64,000 bases of DNA. It comes from Actinomycetota bacterium. Lineage in GTDB: Bacteria; Actinomycetota; Thermoleophilia; UBA2241. Below are positions 1-9,757 of this stretch, piece after piece. Location: positions 492-64,491 of the forward strand of contig PKYG01000116.1 of the NCBI GenBank assembly GCA_003132585.1, read 5' to 3'. Position 1 is the first letter of the stretch. Each line of letters starts with the position of its first letter. Under the pieces are notes generated by a model. It made no database searches. It saw nothing but the letters and a program-made list of their open reading frames with translations, and was not told the origin of the DNA. The position numbers were made by a program, and so were the translations under genes.

Positions 1-109
1 GGTGGCGCAAGACCAAGAGCTCGACTTCCCTGGCGCGGTCATCGCCACTGTAAGGGGCCAGTGCCCGGAGCAGCTGGCGCAGGGCGAAGTAGATGAGCGA
101 GAGCAGCAT
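1..109 (-). CDS. Transposase N-terminus (partial; gene runs off the left edge of the window)
   Basis: Minus-strand ATG at 109 preceded by GAGGAGG. Translation is MLLSLIYFALRQLLRALAPYSGDDRAREVELLVLRH. It has the same style of leader as ..VVFALLYLALRRL.. in the decayed transposase at 47291-48459, and by recall resembles the N-terminus of actinobacterial rve-type transposases. Confidence 0.55.
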   Translation of the reverse strand, partial: MLLSLIYFALRQLLRALAPYSGDDRAREVELLVLRH

Positions 110-988
110 CGGGTGCCTCCTCGGAGGGCTTTGTAGACTCGGCGATGCTACCTGAGGCTCATGCTCAGCGAAGACATCGGGTTTTCTGCACCCGACAGGG
201 TCAGGTCAGCAGCGCCCCAATACTTTCTTCAGAGAAGCAACGAAACTATGAGTACTTTTCTCTCGAGGCAATACGAACCTTGACTCCGGATACGGACGGT
301 GCGAACATGCATGGTTATCGGTAACTAACCGGAAACTGCGGGCGATTGAGCGTCAACTCGGATGGAGGGTTCCTGAACGGTATGCGACCCCATTACCCAC
401 CGCGAGCTTCTGCGACATCAATTAGCCACAGTCGGAGAACTGCTGCCTCTTCTATTCGTCACGTACAATGTCGGCCTGGTAGGTGTGGTGGTGAACGCGG
501 TTATCTTCGTGAAGCAAGGCCGGGGTCGTGATACCGGGACCACCGCCGATGTCCGTGCACTACGGGCTTCGCACCCAAGTGTTACTCCACGACACCCCAA
601 CGCACAAGCCGAGGTGCTGAACTGGTCAGCATCAGCGACGGCCTGACCTGCAGCAAGAGTAATTCAGCCGGCGTTCGTGAGGCGGCTCAACTGGCGGGCA
701 TCTCTGACGACCGCGCCTTGCGTGCGCTGAACGACAGTGCAGCTGTGCTGGACGGGCACTGGCGTCAAGGGGTTCGGCCCGTTTCAGAGGTCACTGGCGT
801 GGCCGTGTTTACCGCTATCGGCATCTCGCCTCGATTCTTCCGACGGCACGCCTGATGACCAACGGCGCAATCGTGATTCGCAACGAGGCGACCAATCGTA
901 GGTCGAGCGATCCAGAGCAGATGGTGCCCTACATGCACATATGGGCATCTTGCAGCGTTCGAGCCGCAACTGGCGGACGGAGCCCCGA

Positions 989-2407
989 ATGTCGACCGTA
1001 GGACTACTCACCGTCTCCGACGGCCGCGCAGCCGTCCACCACGAAGTCGCCGCGTTCGCACGGAGTGTCGAGGATCGGGTCGCGGCGGCTCTTGAGCACG
1101 GGGGCCATGCCGTGGTGCGCGCCGAAGAGATCGTCTGGACCAACGAACTTGCAGTTTCCGAGGCCCGCAGGATCGCAGACGCCCGGCCTGCACTTACCGT
1201 AATCAACATCCCGGTGTGGGCCTTCCCGCACTTCACAATGCTCGCCTCGCGCGAGCTGCAGGGGCCGCTTCTACTCTTCTCCAACGCGGACCCTGAGTAC
1301 CCAGGCATGGTCGGAATGCTGGCCGCCGCCGGAGCTCTTGACCAGATCGGTCGTAGGTGCGGACGGGCCTGGGGCGATATCGAAGACCCCGCCGTTTGGG
1401 CACGCGTCGAGACGTTCGTGCAAGCCGGCGCAGCGGTCACCGCCCTGCGTGGCATGACCTTCGGGCGCATCGGCGGCCGACCGATGGGGATGTACACAGC
1501 TGTTTCGAGTTCCGACGACTGGCTGAACCAGTTCGGCGTCGACGTCGAGGAAATCGACCAATGGGAGATCGTTCGGCGAGTAGACGAGGTAGACGATGCG
1601 CGCGTGGCAGCAGCCCGCGAGTGGCTTGAGCGGCATGCTGCTGCTGTCCACTACGACGGACAGCAGCTCACGCCCCGCATCCTGGAACGCCAGATTCGCT
1701 CGTACTACGTTATACGGACGCTCATCGACGAGTGGAATCTTGGTTTCTGCGGGATCAAGGCTCAGCCCGAGCTCACGGACCACTTCGCGTCTATGGACGT
1801 GGCTGAGGCCTTTCTCAACGACCCTTACGACTGGGAGGGCGAGAAGAAGCCGTTCATCTGCTCGACAGAGGCCGACATGGACGGAGCGCTGACTATGCGG
1901 ATCCTGGCTAGCCTGTCCGGAACTCCAGCGCTCTTTGCGGACATGCGCCACTACCACAGTGACCTTGGCATCTGGGATCTCTGCAACTCGGGTCAGCACC
2001 CGACGTGGTTTGCGGCGCGGAGCGATGACCCCTTGGAGAACATGCGTCACGTCCACCTCTATCCCCAAATTTTCTACTTCCCTGCTGGCGGGGCAGCTGT
2101 CCACCATCTGGCAGCGCCCGGAGAGTTTACATTCGCTCGCCTCACGCGGCTCGCCGGCCGCTATCGGATGCATGTCCTGAAAGGCCAGATCGAGCAATTT
2201 GACGCGCAGACAAATGAGCGGCTGATGCGAGCCTCGACGTACGTCTGGCCGCACGCATTCGCGCGTTTTCAGGCGGAGCCGGAGGAGATTATCGGCCGCT
2301 ACGGCTCCAACCACATTCACGCCGTTCCCGGCGACCACGTGGCAGCACTACGTGAGGTCTGCGGGCTCTTGGACGTCGACTGCGACTGCTTCGGGGTCAC
2401 GCATTGA
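989..2407 (+). CDS. L-fucose/L-arabinose isomerase superfamily sugar isomerase
   Basis: ORF 941-2407. The internal ATG at 989 has GGACGGAG upstream, whereas ATG 941 has no RBS. Motifs VGLLTVSDGRAAVHH, GMTFGRIGGRPMGMYTA and CNSGQHPTWFAA fit the FucI-like family by recall. The stop overlaps the next gene's start (TTGA). Confidence 0.75.
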   Translation: MSTVGLLTVSDGRAAVHHEVAAFARSVEDRVAAALEHGGHAVVRAEEIVWTNELAVSEARRIADARPALTVINIPVWAFPHFTMLASRELQGPLLLFSNADPEYPGMVGMLAAAGALDQIGRRCGRAWGDIEDPAVWARVETFVQAGAAVTALRGMTFGRIGGRPMGMYTAVSSSDDWLNQFGVDVEEIDQWEIVRRVDEVDDARVAAAREWLERHAAAVHYDGQQLTPRILERQIRSYYVIRTLIDEWNLGFCGIKAQPELTDHFASMDVAEAFLNDPYDWEGEKKPFICSTEADMDGALTMRILASLSGTPALFADMRHYHSDLGIWDLCNSGQHPTWFAARSDDPLENMRHVHLYPQIFYFPAGGAAVHHLAAPGEFTFARLTRLAGRYRMHVLKGQIEQFDAQTNERLMRASTYVWPHAFARFQAEPEEIIGRYGSNHIHAVPGDHVAALREVCGLLDVDCDCFGVTH

Positions 2408-3909
2408 CCGAGCTTCTCCTCGGCATCGACATCGGGACGGCCTCCAGCAAGGCTGTCTTGGCGACACCCGACGGCGAGATCGTAGCGCGTGCGATGCGCA
2501 AGCACACCGTTACTTTCCCACGTCCTGGCTGGGTCGAGCACGACGCCGAGAGAGTCTGGTGGGGAGACGTCCTCGCTCTTTGCGCCGAGCTCGTCCCTCA
2601 GGCCCGGGGAAGAATCGCCGCCCTCGGCGTCAGTGGAATCGGGCCATGCGTCGTACCCTGCAACGCGGCAGACGAGCCGCTTCGGCCCGCGATCCTGTAC
2701 GGGGTCGACAGCCGAGCCGAGGAGGAGACTGCCGAGCTCACCGAGTTGCTTGGGGACAGCGAGATCTTCGCCCGGTGCGGCTCATCGCTCTCCAGCCAAG
2801 CTCTCGGCCCGAAGTTGCTCTGGCTGAAGAAGAACGAACCGGACGTGTGGCGAAGTATGCGTCGCTGGTACATGGCGAGCTCGTTCGTTGTGGCCCGTCT
2901 CACCGGGGAATGGATCCTCGACCATCATTCGGCAAGCCAGTGCGATCCTTTCTACGACCTGGCCAAGTGCGGCTGGGCTGAAGAATGGATCGAACTCGTG
3001 CTTCCCGAGGTCTCCCTTCCACGGCTCGCCTGGTCCGGCGAGGTCGTCGGCGCCGTCACGGGCTTGGGCGCGTCCGCCACGGGCATCCGCGAGGGAACGC
3101 CTGTCGTTGCGGGTACGATTGACGCTTGGGCGGAGGCGGTGAGTGTCGACGTCCGCCGGCCTGGTGAGCTGATGCTCATGTACGGCTCGACGATGTTCCT
3201 TGTCGCTGTCACTAAGCGGCGCAGCCGGGAAAGGGCAATTTGGACAACGCGTGGTATCGATCCGGGCTCCCTGACCCTTGCGGCCGGAATGGCAACCTCC
3301 GGTAGCCTGGCGGGTTGGTTTAGAGAACTCCTTGGGGGCGTAGGCTACGATGAACTCCTCGATGAGGCGCGCGCGACTCCTGCGGGCGCCGCCGGGCTCC
3401 TCGTCCTCCCTTACTTCGCTGGCGAGCGAACGCCGATCCTGGACTCAAGAGCACGCGGGGCGATTCTTGGGCTGACCCTGCATCACACGCGCGGGCACCT
3501 CTACCGAGCACTCATTGAGGGCATTGCGTACGGAGTTCGTCACAACCTGGAGGCAATGGGCGGGGTGAAGATCACTGATGCTCGGGCGGTGGGCGGCGGC
3601 ACGCAAGGCCGCTTCTGGGTGCAGACAGTCTCCGACGTCTGCGGGCTCGAGCAAAGCATTCCGACAGAGACGATTGGAGCTAGCTATGGGGATGCCCGCC
3701 TCGCCGCCGAAGGCGTCGGGCTCGTCAGCGACGACGCTTTATGGGCGCGACCTGGCGTGATAATCCAGCCCGATCCCGCGGCCGCCGATGTGTACGCGGA
3801 GCTCTACGACCACTATCGCCAGCTCTACCCGGCGACTCGCGAGATCGCGCATGCGCTGGCGGACATCCAAGAGCATGTCCCCGGCGCAGCGTATACTGCC
3901 GAGCATTAA
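2404..3909 (+). CDS. FGGY-family carbohydrate kinase (xylulokinase-like)
   Basis: TTG start overlapping the upstream stop. N-terminal LLGIDIGTASSKAVL (actin-fold phosphate-1 motif), a later GGGTQGRFW segment and about 500 aa are typical of FGGY kinases. Confidence 0.85.
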   Translation: MTELLLGIDIGTASSKAVLATPDGEIVARAMRKHTVTFPRPGWVEHDAERVWWGDVLALCAELVPQARGRIAALGVSGIGPCVVPCNAADEPLRPAILYGVDSRAEEETAELTELLGDSEIFARCGSSLSSQALGPKLLWLKKNEPDVWRSMRRWYMASSFVVARLTGEWILDHHSASQCDPFYDLAKCGWAEEWIELVLPEVSLPRLAWSGEVVGAVTGLGASATGIREGTPVVAGTIDAWAEAVSVDVRRPGELMLMYGSTMFLVAVTKRRSRERAIWTTRGIDPGSLTLAAGMATSGSLAGWFRELLGGVGYDELLDEARATPAGAAGLLVLPYFAGERTPILDSRARGAILGLTLHHTRGHLYRALIEGIAYGVRHNLEAMGGVKITDARAVGGGTQGRFWVQTVSDVCGLEQSIPTETIGASYGDARLAAEGVGLVSDDALWARPGVIIQPDPAAADVYAELYDHYRQLYPATREIAHALADIQEHVPGAAYTAEH

Positions 3910-5042
3910 TGCGTCCGGTGACCAACATGACCAAGAAGCGGCGTACGAGATCGCGACCGCTACCTGGTCTGGTCACTGCCGCTCAGGTAGCGGAGCGGGC
4001 TGGCGTCTCCAAAATGACGGTCTCCCGTGTTGTGAATGGGTCCAAACGGGTCACGGATGAGACTCGTCGCGCTGTCAAGACCGCAATCAAGGAGCTTGGA
4101 TTCGTTCCGAGCCAGTTGGCGCGACGGCTGACTGGCCGCAGACTGGGCGTTGTCGCGCTGCTCGTTCCCGACCTCGCTAATCCGTTCTTCACACAGGTGA
4201 TTCACGGCTGCGAGGATGTAATGCGTGACGCAGGTTTCACCATCCTGCTCGGGAACTCTGGCGAGGCCCCTCACCGCGAGAAGTCGTTTCTCGAGACTGT
4301 TGGGGCACTCCAGGTAGACGGCGTGATCCTGGGTGCGACCGGCGATGCGGCGACCGCGGCGGTTCAGCGACTCCAGAGAGCTGGCATCGCGGTGGTGCTT
4401 ATCGACCGAAGCGTTGCGGACGTGGATGCCGATCTTGTCGTCGGCGCTGCAGTAACACCAGCATACCTGCTCACCCAGCACTTGCTTGGGCACGGACATC
4501 GGCGGATTGCGATGGTGGGAGGGTCGCCTGAAGCCTCGACAAGCCGCGATCGCATCAGGGGCTATAGAGATGCGCTACGCGATCATGGAATCGAGCCCGA
4601 CGAGCGCCTGATCATGGGCGGGGCGTTCACGCGTGAAGTTGGCAAGACGACGGGCGCCGCTCTGCTTGTCGCCCCGGACAGGCCCACTGCGATAGTCGCC
4701 GCGAACAGCCTCCTCGCCTTTGGAGTCATCGACGCCGCTCTGGACCTCGATCTTCGTGTCGCGAAGGATCTTGCTGTCGTTTCATTCGATGATGTTGAAG
4801 TGACGGCCGGAAGACCGTTTCTCACATGTGCAGACCAACCCGCTGAGGAGGTTGGCCGAATCGCTGCGGTCCGATTGCTCAAGAGACTCAACGGCGACGA
4901 ATCTCCTGCTGAAACGATTGTGCTCGACACCCAGGTTCGGATCCGGGCGTCATGCGGCTGCGATCCTGGCGGCCGGTCAACGGACCCATCGGCAGCCTTC
5001 GGTGAGAACCCCGCCACGGGCAGTCAGCTGGCCGGCGAATGA
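3909..5042 (+). CDS. LacI-family transcriptional regulator
   Basis: HTH VTAAQVAERAGVSKMTVSRVVNG followed by a periplasmic-binding-fold core (VALLVPDLANPFF...). ATG 3909 overlaps the kinase stop (TAATG); ATG 3927 is an alternative. The 3741 start in the ORF track overlaps the kinase and is not credible. Confidence 0.85.
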   Translation: MRPVTNMTKKRRTRSRPLPGLVTAAQVAERAGVSKMTVSRVVNGSKRVTDETRRAVKTAIKELGFVPSQLARRLTGRRLGVVALLVPDLANPFFTQVIHGCEDVMRDAGFTILLGNSGEAPHREKSFLETVGALQVDGVILGATGDAATAAVQRLQRAGIAVVLIDRSVADVDADLVVGAAVTPAYLLTQHLLGHGHRRIAMVGGSPEASTSRDRIRGYRDALRDHGIEPDERLIMGGAFTREVGKTTGAALLVAPDRPTAIVAANSLLAFGVIDAALDLDLRVAKDLAVVSFDDVEVTAGRPFLTCADQPAEEVGRIAAVRLLKRLNGDESPAETIVLDTQVRIRASCGCDPGGRSTDPSAAFGENPATGSQLAGE

Positions 5043-5044
5043 GT

Positions 5045-5135
5045 CAAAGTGCGGAGTTCTCTGGCCCTGGCCGATCAGGACCTCGGCTTCGCGCAGCTTT
5101 GCAATGATCTCCCAGGGGCGATAGCGCTTCCTCAT
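5045..5135 (-). pseudogene. IS3-family OrfA relic (about 30 codons)
   Basis: Minus-strand ATG at 5135. MRKRYRPWEIIAKLREAEVLIGQGQRTP resembles the HTH segment of IS3-family OrfA (..EQII..LREAEV..). No OrfB and no ends are visible. It lies directly 3' of lacI. Confidence 0.4.
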
Positions 5136-5305
5136 TATGACTTGCTCCTCTTTTGCATCGGTCCAAAAACCATGCCTTCGACCTGGACCGACTTGACTGG
5201 GGCAGGTCACGCCTAACAAGATACGCGTCTCCCGCCTCGTTGACGACCTTTGACTCAGCCAGATTCGGTATCGCCCATCATCACTCTGGGATTCTGGAGT
5301 CGCCC

Positions 5306-6316
5306 CTACTGGAGTGGGATCGCGATGTACACCACAGTTTCGCCTGTGAATGTCGACTGGTTCTGTGTCAATGGGTACGCCAACAACCATCCATCGGCAG
5401 GGCTTCGCAGCTCCTCTTCGACATCGCCAAGCGGGTTGCGGATTATCGCCACGACCTCACCCGAACGTACCTCTTCGCCTCGAGACTTAGTGAAGGACAC
5501 TATTCCGCCTCTCTCAGAGAAGAGCTCGAGGCGTGTCAGAGCACCACTGACGACCACTGTGCGTTTCAACTCTATATGCTGCTCGGCACGATCGAGCATC
5601 CCGAGTCTGGAGCACACATTGAGTAGCCCTTCAACACCGATTGCGACTGCATCCTCATCAATGTGCTCCCAGGAGGTAAGTTCGAGCACGAGAGAAGGTT
5701 TGCCATCATTGATCGCGTTGTCCACCAAGTTTCCCTTGTTCTCTAGATCACGGATTGTCGTCACGCCGAAGGCTTCCGCCAGCTCAAGTGATCTCTGAAT
5801 CACTTCACCCTCGCCCTGAGGGACCATAGTGAAGATCAGGGCCGGTGACGGATTTGCGTGCAGATCAATGATGTAATCACAGGCGCTGACGGCCTCGTAG
5901 ACGCGGCGAGCCATCCTATGAGTGAGACTTGGAAGGTCGGACATATCCCTGGTGAAAACGCTGGCTAGGTTGAGGCCATCGACGGGAGTGAAATACGTCG
6001 CAGCTCGATAGGCCAAGGGACTCAAGATGGGTGCGCCAACAATTGACCCATGCAGCTGGAGTGGGTCGATCTCTTCCCGCAGGACCCGCCGGATCACCTC
6101 AATGCCTGGTATTTCCGGCCCGTGCATAGTGGAGTTCACCCACAATCTTGGTCCCTCGTACCTCCCATTCACTCCGATCAGCGGAATCTCCAGTAGAGTG
6201 CTGTCTGCCAGCCATGCACAAGTAATGCTCCCAAACCCAACGGTCCCTGGCGCTACATCCAACGATCCCACCACAAGTGGAACGTTGTTGACCTTGGACT
6301 CTTGCAAACTCGCCAC
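5306..6316 (-). CDS. Succinylglutamate desuccinylase/aspartoacylase (M14-like) family hydrolase
   Basis: ORF 5306-6454. The in-frame GTG at 6316 is preceded by AGGAGG with a 7-nt spacer and lies 24 nt after the upstream ABC gene stop. Zn-ligand-like HGPE and IIDLHA motifs are present. Confidence 0.8.
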   Translation of the reverse strand: MASLQESKVNNVPLVVGSLDVAPGTVGFGSITCAWLADSTLLEIPLIGVNGRYEGPRLWVNSTMHGPEIPGIEVIRRVLREEIDPLQLHGSIVGAPILSPLAYRAATYFTPVDGLNLASVFTRDMSDLPSLTHRMARRVYEAVSACDYIIDLHANPSPALIFTMVPQGEGEVIQRSLELAEAFGVTTIRDLENKGNLVDNAINDGKPSLVLELTSWEHIDEDAVAIGVEGLLNVCSRLGMLDRAEQHIELKRTVVVSGALTRLELFSERGGIVSFTKSRGEEVRSGEVVAIIRNPLGDVEEELRSPADGWLLAYPLTQNQSTFTGETVVYIAIPLQ

Positions 6317-6339
6317 CTTGCCACCTCCTGGCAATAGAA

Positions 6340-7395
6340 TTAGTCGACCGATGGATCCAAGCCAAACGGCCGGACTGCGGCCTCCCCTGAGTAGTGACAT
6401 GCGACCAAGTGATCCTTTGCCACACATGACAGCTCCGGTTCCATCTCCTGACACTGTTCGGGGCTGCCAAGTTCACGCCAAAGCCAGCAGCGTCCCGCAA
6501 AGCGGCAGCCGACAGGGATGTTGGCCGCACTAGGGACCTCGCCCTCCAAGACGATCCTCTTGCGCTGATCTTCCACTGTGGGATCGGGGACCGGCAAAGC
6601 CGAGAGGAGAGCGACTGTGTAGGGATGAAGCGGGGTCTGGAAGAGATCATCCGACGGCGCGACCTCCATGATCCGGCCGAGATACATCACCACAACTCGG
6701 TCTCCGAGCCACCGAACGATTGCCAGGTCATGGGAAATGAACAGATAGGTAAGCGAGTACTTCTCCCTGAGGTCCGCCAACAGATTCAGAATCTGGGCCT
6801 GGATCGATACGTCCAGCGCGCTAGTCGGCTCATCAAGTATCAGGAGTTCAGGGTTGAGGGCCAATGCGCGAGCCAGCGCGATTCGCTGTCGCTGTCCCCC
6901 ACTGAACTGATGGGGGAGCTGAGCGCTGGACTCCGGGTGCAAACCCACGGCGTCAAGGAGTTCACCCACCCGCTGCCGTCGATCCTCCGGTGAACCCACA
7001 CGATGAATCACAAGGGGCTCAGCAACCGATGCTCCTACGGTCATTCTTGGATTGAGGCTCGAGTATGGGTCCTGAAAGACCATCTGTATGTGCCGAGTCA
7101 CGCGATGTGACTGGCGTGCGCCCAGGCCAACAAGCTCAAGCCCCTTAAACACGATGGAGCCAGAAACCGGCCGCTCAAGGGCGACAATTGCACGACCTGT
7201 CGTCGTCTTGCCACACCCCGACTCTCCCACAAGACATATTATCTCGCCCTGCTGAAGCTCGAAGCTGATGTCGTCCACTGCTCGAACGGTCGAGACGTGA
7301 CGACGCACCAAAAAACCGCGCGTGCTTGAGAATTGAACGACCAAGTTTCGGACGGCTAGTAGCGCTCCTGAGGGCTCAGATTGAATTCCAGACAT
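6340..7395 (-). CDS. Oligopeptide/dipeptide ABC transporter ATP-binding protein (OppF/DppF-like)
   Basis: Walker A GESGCGKTT, signature FSGGQRQR, Walker B LLILDEPTSALD and a C-terminal HPYT...C.F..RC extension. ATG 7395 has GGAG upstream; 7443 is the alternative start. Confidence 0.9.
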   Translation of the reverse strand: MSGIQSEPSGALLAVRNLVVQFSSTRGFLVRRHVSTVRAVDDISFELQQGEIICLVGESGCGKTTTGRAIVALERPVSGSIVFKGLELVGLGARQSHRVTRHIQMVFQDPYSSLNPRMTVGASVAEPLVIHRVGSPEDRRQRVGELLDAVGLHPESSAQLPHQFSGGQRQRIALARALALNPELLILDEPTSALDVSIQAQILNLLADLREKYSLTYLFISHDLAIVRWLGDRVVVMYLGRIMEVAPSDDLFQTPLHPYTVALLSALPVPDPTVEDQRKRIVLEGEVPSAANIPVGCRFAGRCWLWRELGSPEQCQEMEPELSCVAKDHLVACHYSGEAAVRPFGLDPSVD

Positions 7396-7435
7396 GTCTC
7401 TCCGCCGGTCTCTGCAGTAATCTCGGCTCTTCCGT

Positions 7436-8566
7436 CTAGTCACGTCGGCTGCCTAAAGGCATCAGCGGTGTCTCCTCAGTAGGAACGGGGTTGTGACACG
7501 CAACAAGGTGACTGCAGGTGTTGGGAACAGCTCGCGAGGGCTTCGCGACTTGTCGGCCCATGGAGCGAAGTGCGGGAGTCTCTGTGGAACAGACGCTGAT
7601 CTGCCGGGCACATCTGGGGGCGAAGGGACAGCCTTTGGGCTCCTCAACTTGTACGGGAGGCATTCCAGGAATGGGTGTCAGCTTGACGCGGTGGTAATCT
7701 GCGCGTGGCAGTGAGCCAAGAAGGCCGACAGTGTAGGGATGTCGTGGCGATGCGAAGATGGATCTGGTTTCGCCGACTTCAACAAGCAGACCGGCATACA
7801 TCACTGCTATTCGCTGTGTGAGTCCTGCCGCGACTCCCAGGTTGTGCGTGATCAGAACAACGGCCATCCCTGTTTCCGCGGCCCGCTCTCTGATCAAGTC
7901 CAGCACTTGCGCCTGGATTGTCACGTCCAGGGCCGTTGTCGGTTCATCAGCGATCAGCAGCCTGGGTTGAAGAGCAAGGGCCATGGCGATGGTTATTCTT
8001 TGTTGCATCCCTCCGCTGAACTCGTGCGCGTATTTCGCCAGGCTCTCGTGGACTGCGGGAACGCCGACCATCTGAAGAAGAGCCTCCGATCTCTCGAATG
8101 CCTGCCTCCTTCCGAGGCCCTCATGCACCATGAGTATCTCGGCAATCTGCAGACCGACTCGCATGGTGGGGTTCAGACTCGTCATGGGATTCTGGAATAC
8201 GATTGCCATATCCCGCCCCCTTAGTCTGCGCATGGCAGGCTCCGGGATGGAGAGGATATCCTGGCCATCGAACCAAACGCGCCCCATGCTGATGACGGAG
8301 CCATCTCGCGGAAAGAGTCTCATGATTGCCAGGCTCGTGACGCTCTTTCCCGAACCGGACTCGCCGACAAGGCCGAGCATTTCACCGCTGCTCACTTGAA
8401 AGGTCACCCCATTCACTGCGCGTACGGCCCCGTGTTTGGCCCGGAACTGGACCTCAAGCCGCTCAACTGACAGAAGAGGTGACAGGAGGCCATCACCAGC
8501 TCCAGGGTGATTGGAAGCCGGCAGAAGCCGCGTCTCCGTGGTCCGCTCAAGTCCAGACTCGGACAT
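7436..8566 (-). CDS. Oligopeptide/dipeptide ABC transporter ATP-binding protein (OppD/DppD-like)
   Basis: GESGSGKSV, FSGGMQQR, LLIADEPTTALD and a C-terminal HPYT...CPFAPRC motif. Confidence 0.9.
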   Translation of the reverse strand: MSESGLERTTETRLLPASNHPGAGDGLLSPLLSVERLEVQFRAKHGAVRAVNGVTFQVSSGEMLGLVGESGSGKSVTSLAIMRLFPRDGSVISMGRVWFDGQDILSIPEPAMRRLRGRDMAIVFQNPMTSLNPTMRVGLQIAEILMVHEGLGRRQAFERSEALLQMVGVPAVHESLAKYAHEFSGGMQQRITIAMALALQPRLLIADEPTTALDVTIQAQVLDLIRERAAETGMAVVLITHNLGVAAGLTQRIAVMYAGLLVEVGETRSIFASPRHPYTVGLLGSLPRADYHRVKLTPIPGMPPVQVEEPKGCPFAPRCARQISVCSTETPALRSMGRQVAKPSRAVPNTCSHLVACHNPVPTEETPLMPLGSRRD

Positions 8567-8836
8567 CAGCGAGTCTGTCTCAGCGTCCGCGTTCCCATGG
8601 ACACCGCCCGAAGGCGGAACCGGCGTTCTGCCTGGGTAAGCGCACTACCAGTCCGCCCTACAGGGGGCGGTTTCGCGATGAACGACAAGAAGAGGGCTTC
8701 GGCTTCGCGTGCCCCAGGGAAGTCGTCATGGCCCAGACCTTGACTTTCCGGATGCGTATTTGAACCAGGGTCAGCCACAGCAGTGACCAGCGCCTGCAAG
8801 TCGGAAAGGGCGCTTGACTCGCCGTCGAGCGCGAAT

Positions 8837-9727
8837 TCATCTCGCGCGGCCAAGCGACAACACCTCCCGTAAGCCATCCCCGAGCAAGTTGAAGGCCATC
8901 ACAGCAACTAGGATCGTCAGCCCCGGGAAGGTTACGTACCACCACTGCGTCAGGTAGTAGCTCTGCCCGGCCGAAATCATCTCGCCCCACTCGGGGGTCG
9001 GAGGTTGAGCGCCAAGACCGAGGAACGAGAGGCTCGCCAAGGTGAGCACTGCATATCCGAAATCAAGGCTGACTTGCACAATGAGCGGGGTCAAGGAGTT
9101 GCGCAGTATGTGTAAGAACATGATGCGTAGGGACCCAGCCCCAAGGATCTTTGCTCCTTCGACGAACGACTGATGCTTGAGCTTGAGCACCTCACCTCGG
9201 ATGAGCCTTGCATACCATGGCCACCAGACAACACCAGTTGCAATGACGGCATTCCGGATACTAGGGCCCAGTGTCGCTGCAACGGCAATCGCGAATACGA
9301 GCGACGGAAAAGACAGAAAGATATCCGTGACCCGCATGAGGATCTCGTCTATCCATTTTCCAGCGTAACCTGCCAGCAGGCCGATGGGGACACCGATAAC
9401 CACCCCAATCATCAATATCCCGGCAGCGCCCAGTAGCGACAGTCGCGTGCCCACGATGACACGACTGAGTATGTCTCTGCCGTTCTCGTCCGTGCCAAAG
9501 AGGTGATGAATGCCGGGAGGCAACAGGCGATGAACCGGGTCGAGGGCAATTGGGTCTTGCGGAGCGACCTGCGGAGCGAATACAGCGATCACGACAAAGA
9601 GCACTACCAGTGACAGGCCGATTGCACTGAGAGGGTTCCGGATCAGCCCACCCAGAGTGGAAGCAAGTCGGCGATACGGCGTATCTATCATGGCAAGGTC
9701 CGGCGGCCGCACCGACGTCAGGTCCAT
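8837..9727 (-). CDS. Peptide ABC transporter permease (OppC/DppC-like)
   Basis: Multi-TM protein with the EAA-loop region FVEGAKILGAGSLRIMFLHILRNSL. AGGAGTGG lies upstream of the ATG. Confidence 0.9.
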   Translation of the reverse strand: MDLTSVRPPDLAMIDTPYRRLASTLGGLIRNPLSAIGLSLVVLFVVIAVFAPQVAPQDPIALDPVHRLLPPGIHHLFGTDENGRDILSRVIVGTRLSLLGAAGILMIGVVIGVPIGLLAGYAGKWIDEILMRVTDIFLSFPSLVFAIAVAATLGPSIRNAVIATGVVWWPWYARLIRGEVLKLKHQSFVEGAKILGAGSLRIMFLHILRNSLTPLIVQVSLDFGYAVLTLASLSFLGLGAQPPTPEWGEMISAGQSYYLTQWWYVTFPGLTILVAVMAFNLLGDGLREVLSLGRAR

Positions 9728-9757
9728 GAGCCACTCCTGGCCGCAATGGTCTGCAAC

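Noticed and set aside
297-420. GTGCG...GAACGGTATGCGAC strings reminiscent of a group II intron 5' end and domain V
   Set aside because: No complementary strand forms the domain V hairpin, no intron-encoded reverse transcriptase ORF is present, and no 3' AY end context exists. The resemblance is limited to a few nucleotides.
1271-2338. 355-aa minus-strand ORF inside the isomerase gene
   Set aside because: It is antisense to a gene with recognisable FucI-like similarity, and there is no independent support.
8658-8990. 110-aa and 103-aa minus-strand ORFs in and around the oppC/oppD gap as annotated genes
   Set aside because: Their 5' parts overlap the permease gene, and neither frame has family similarity. 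The gap is reported only as an observation, not as features.
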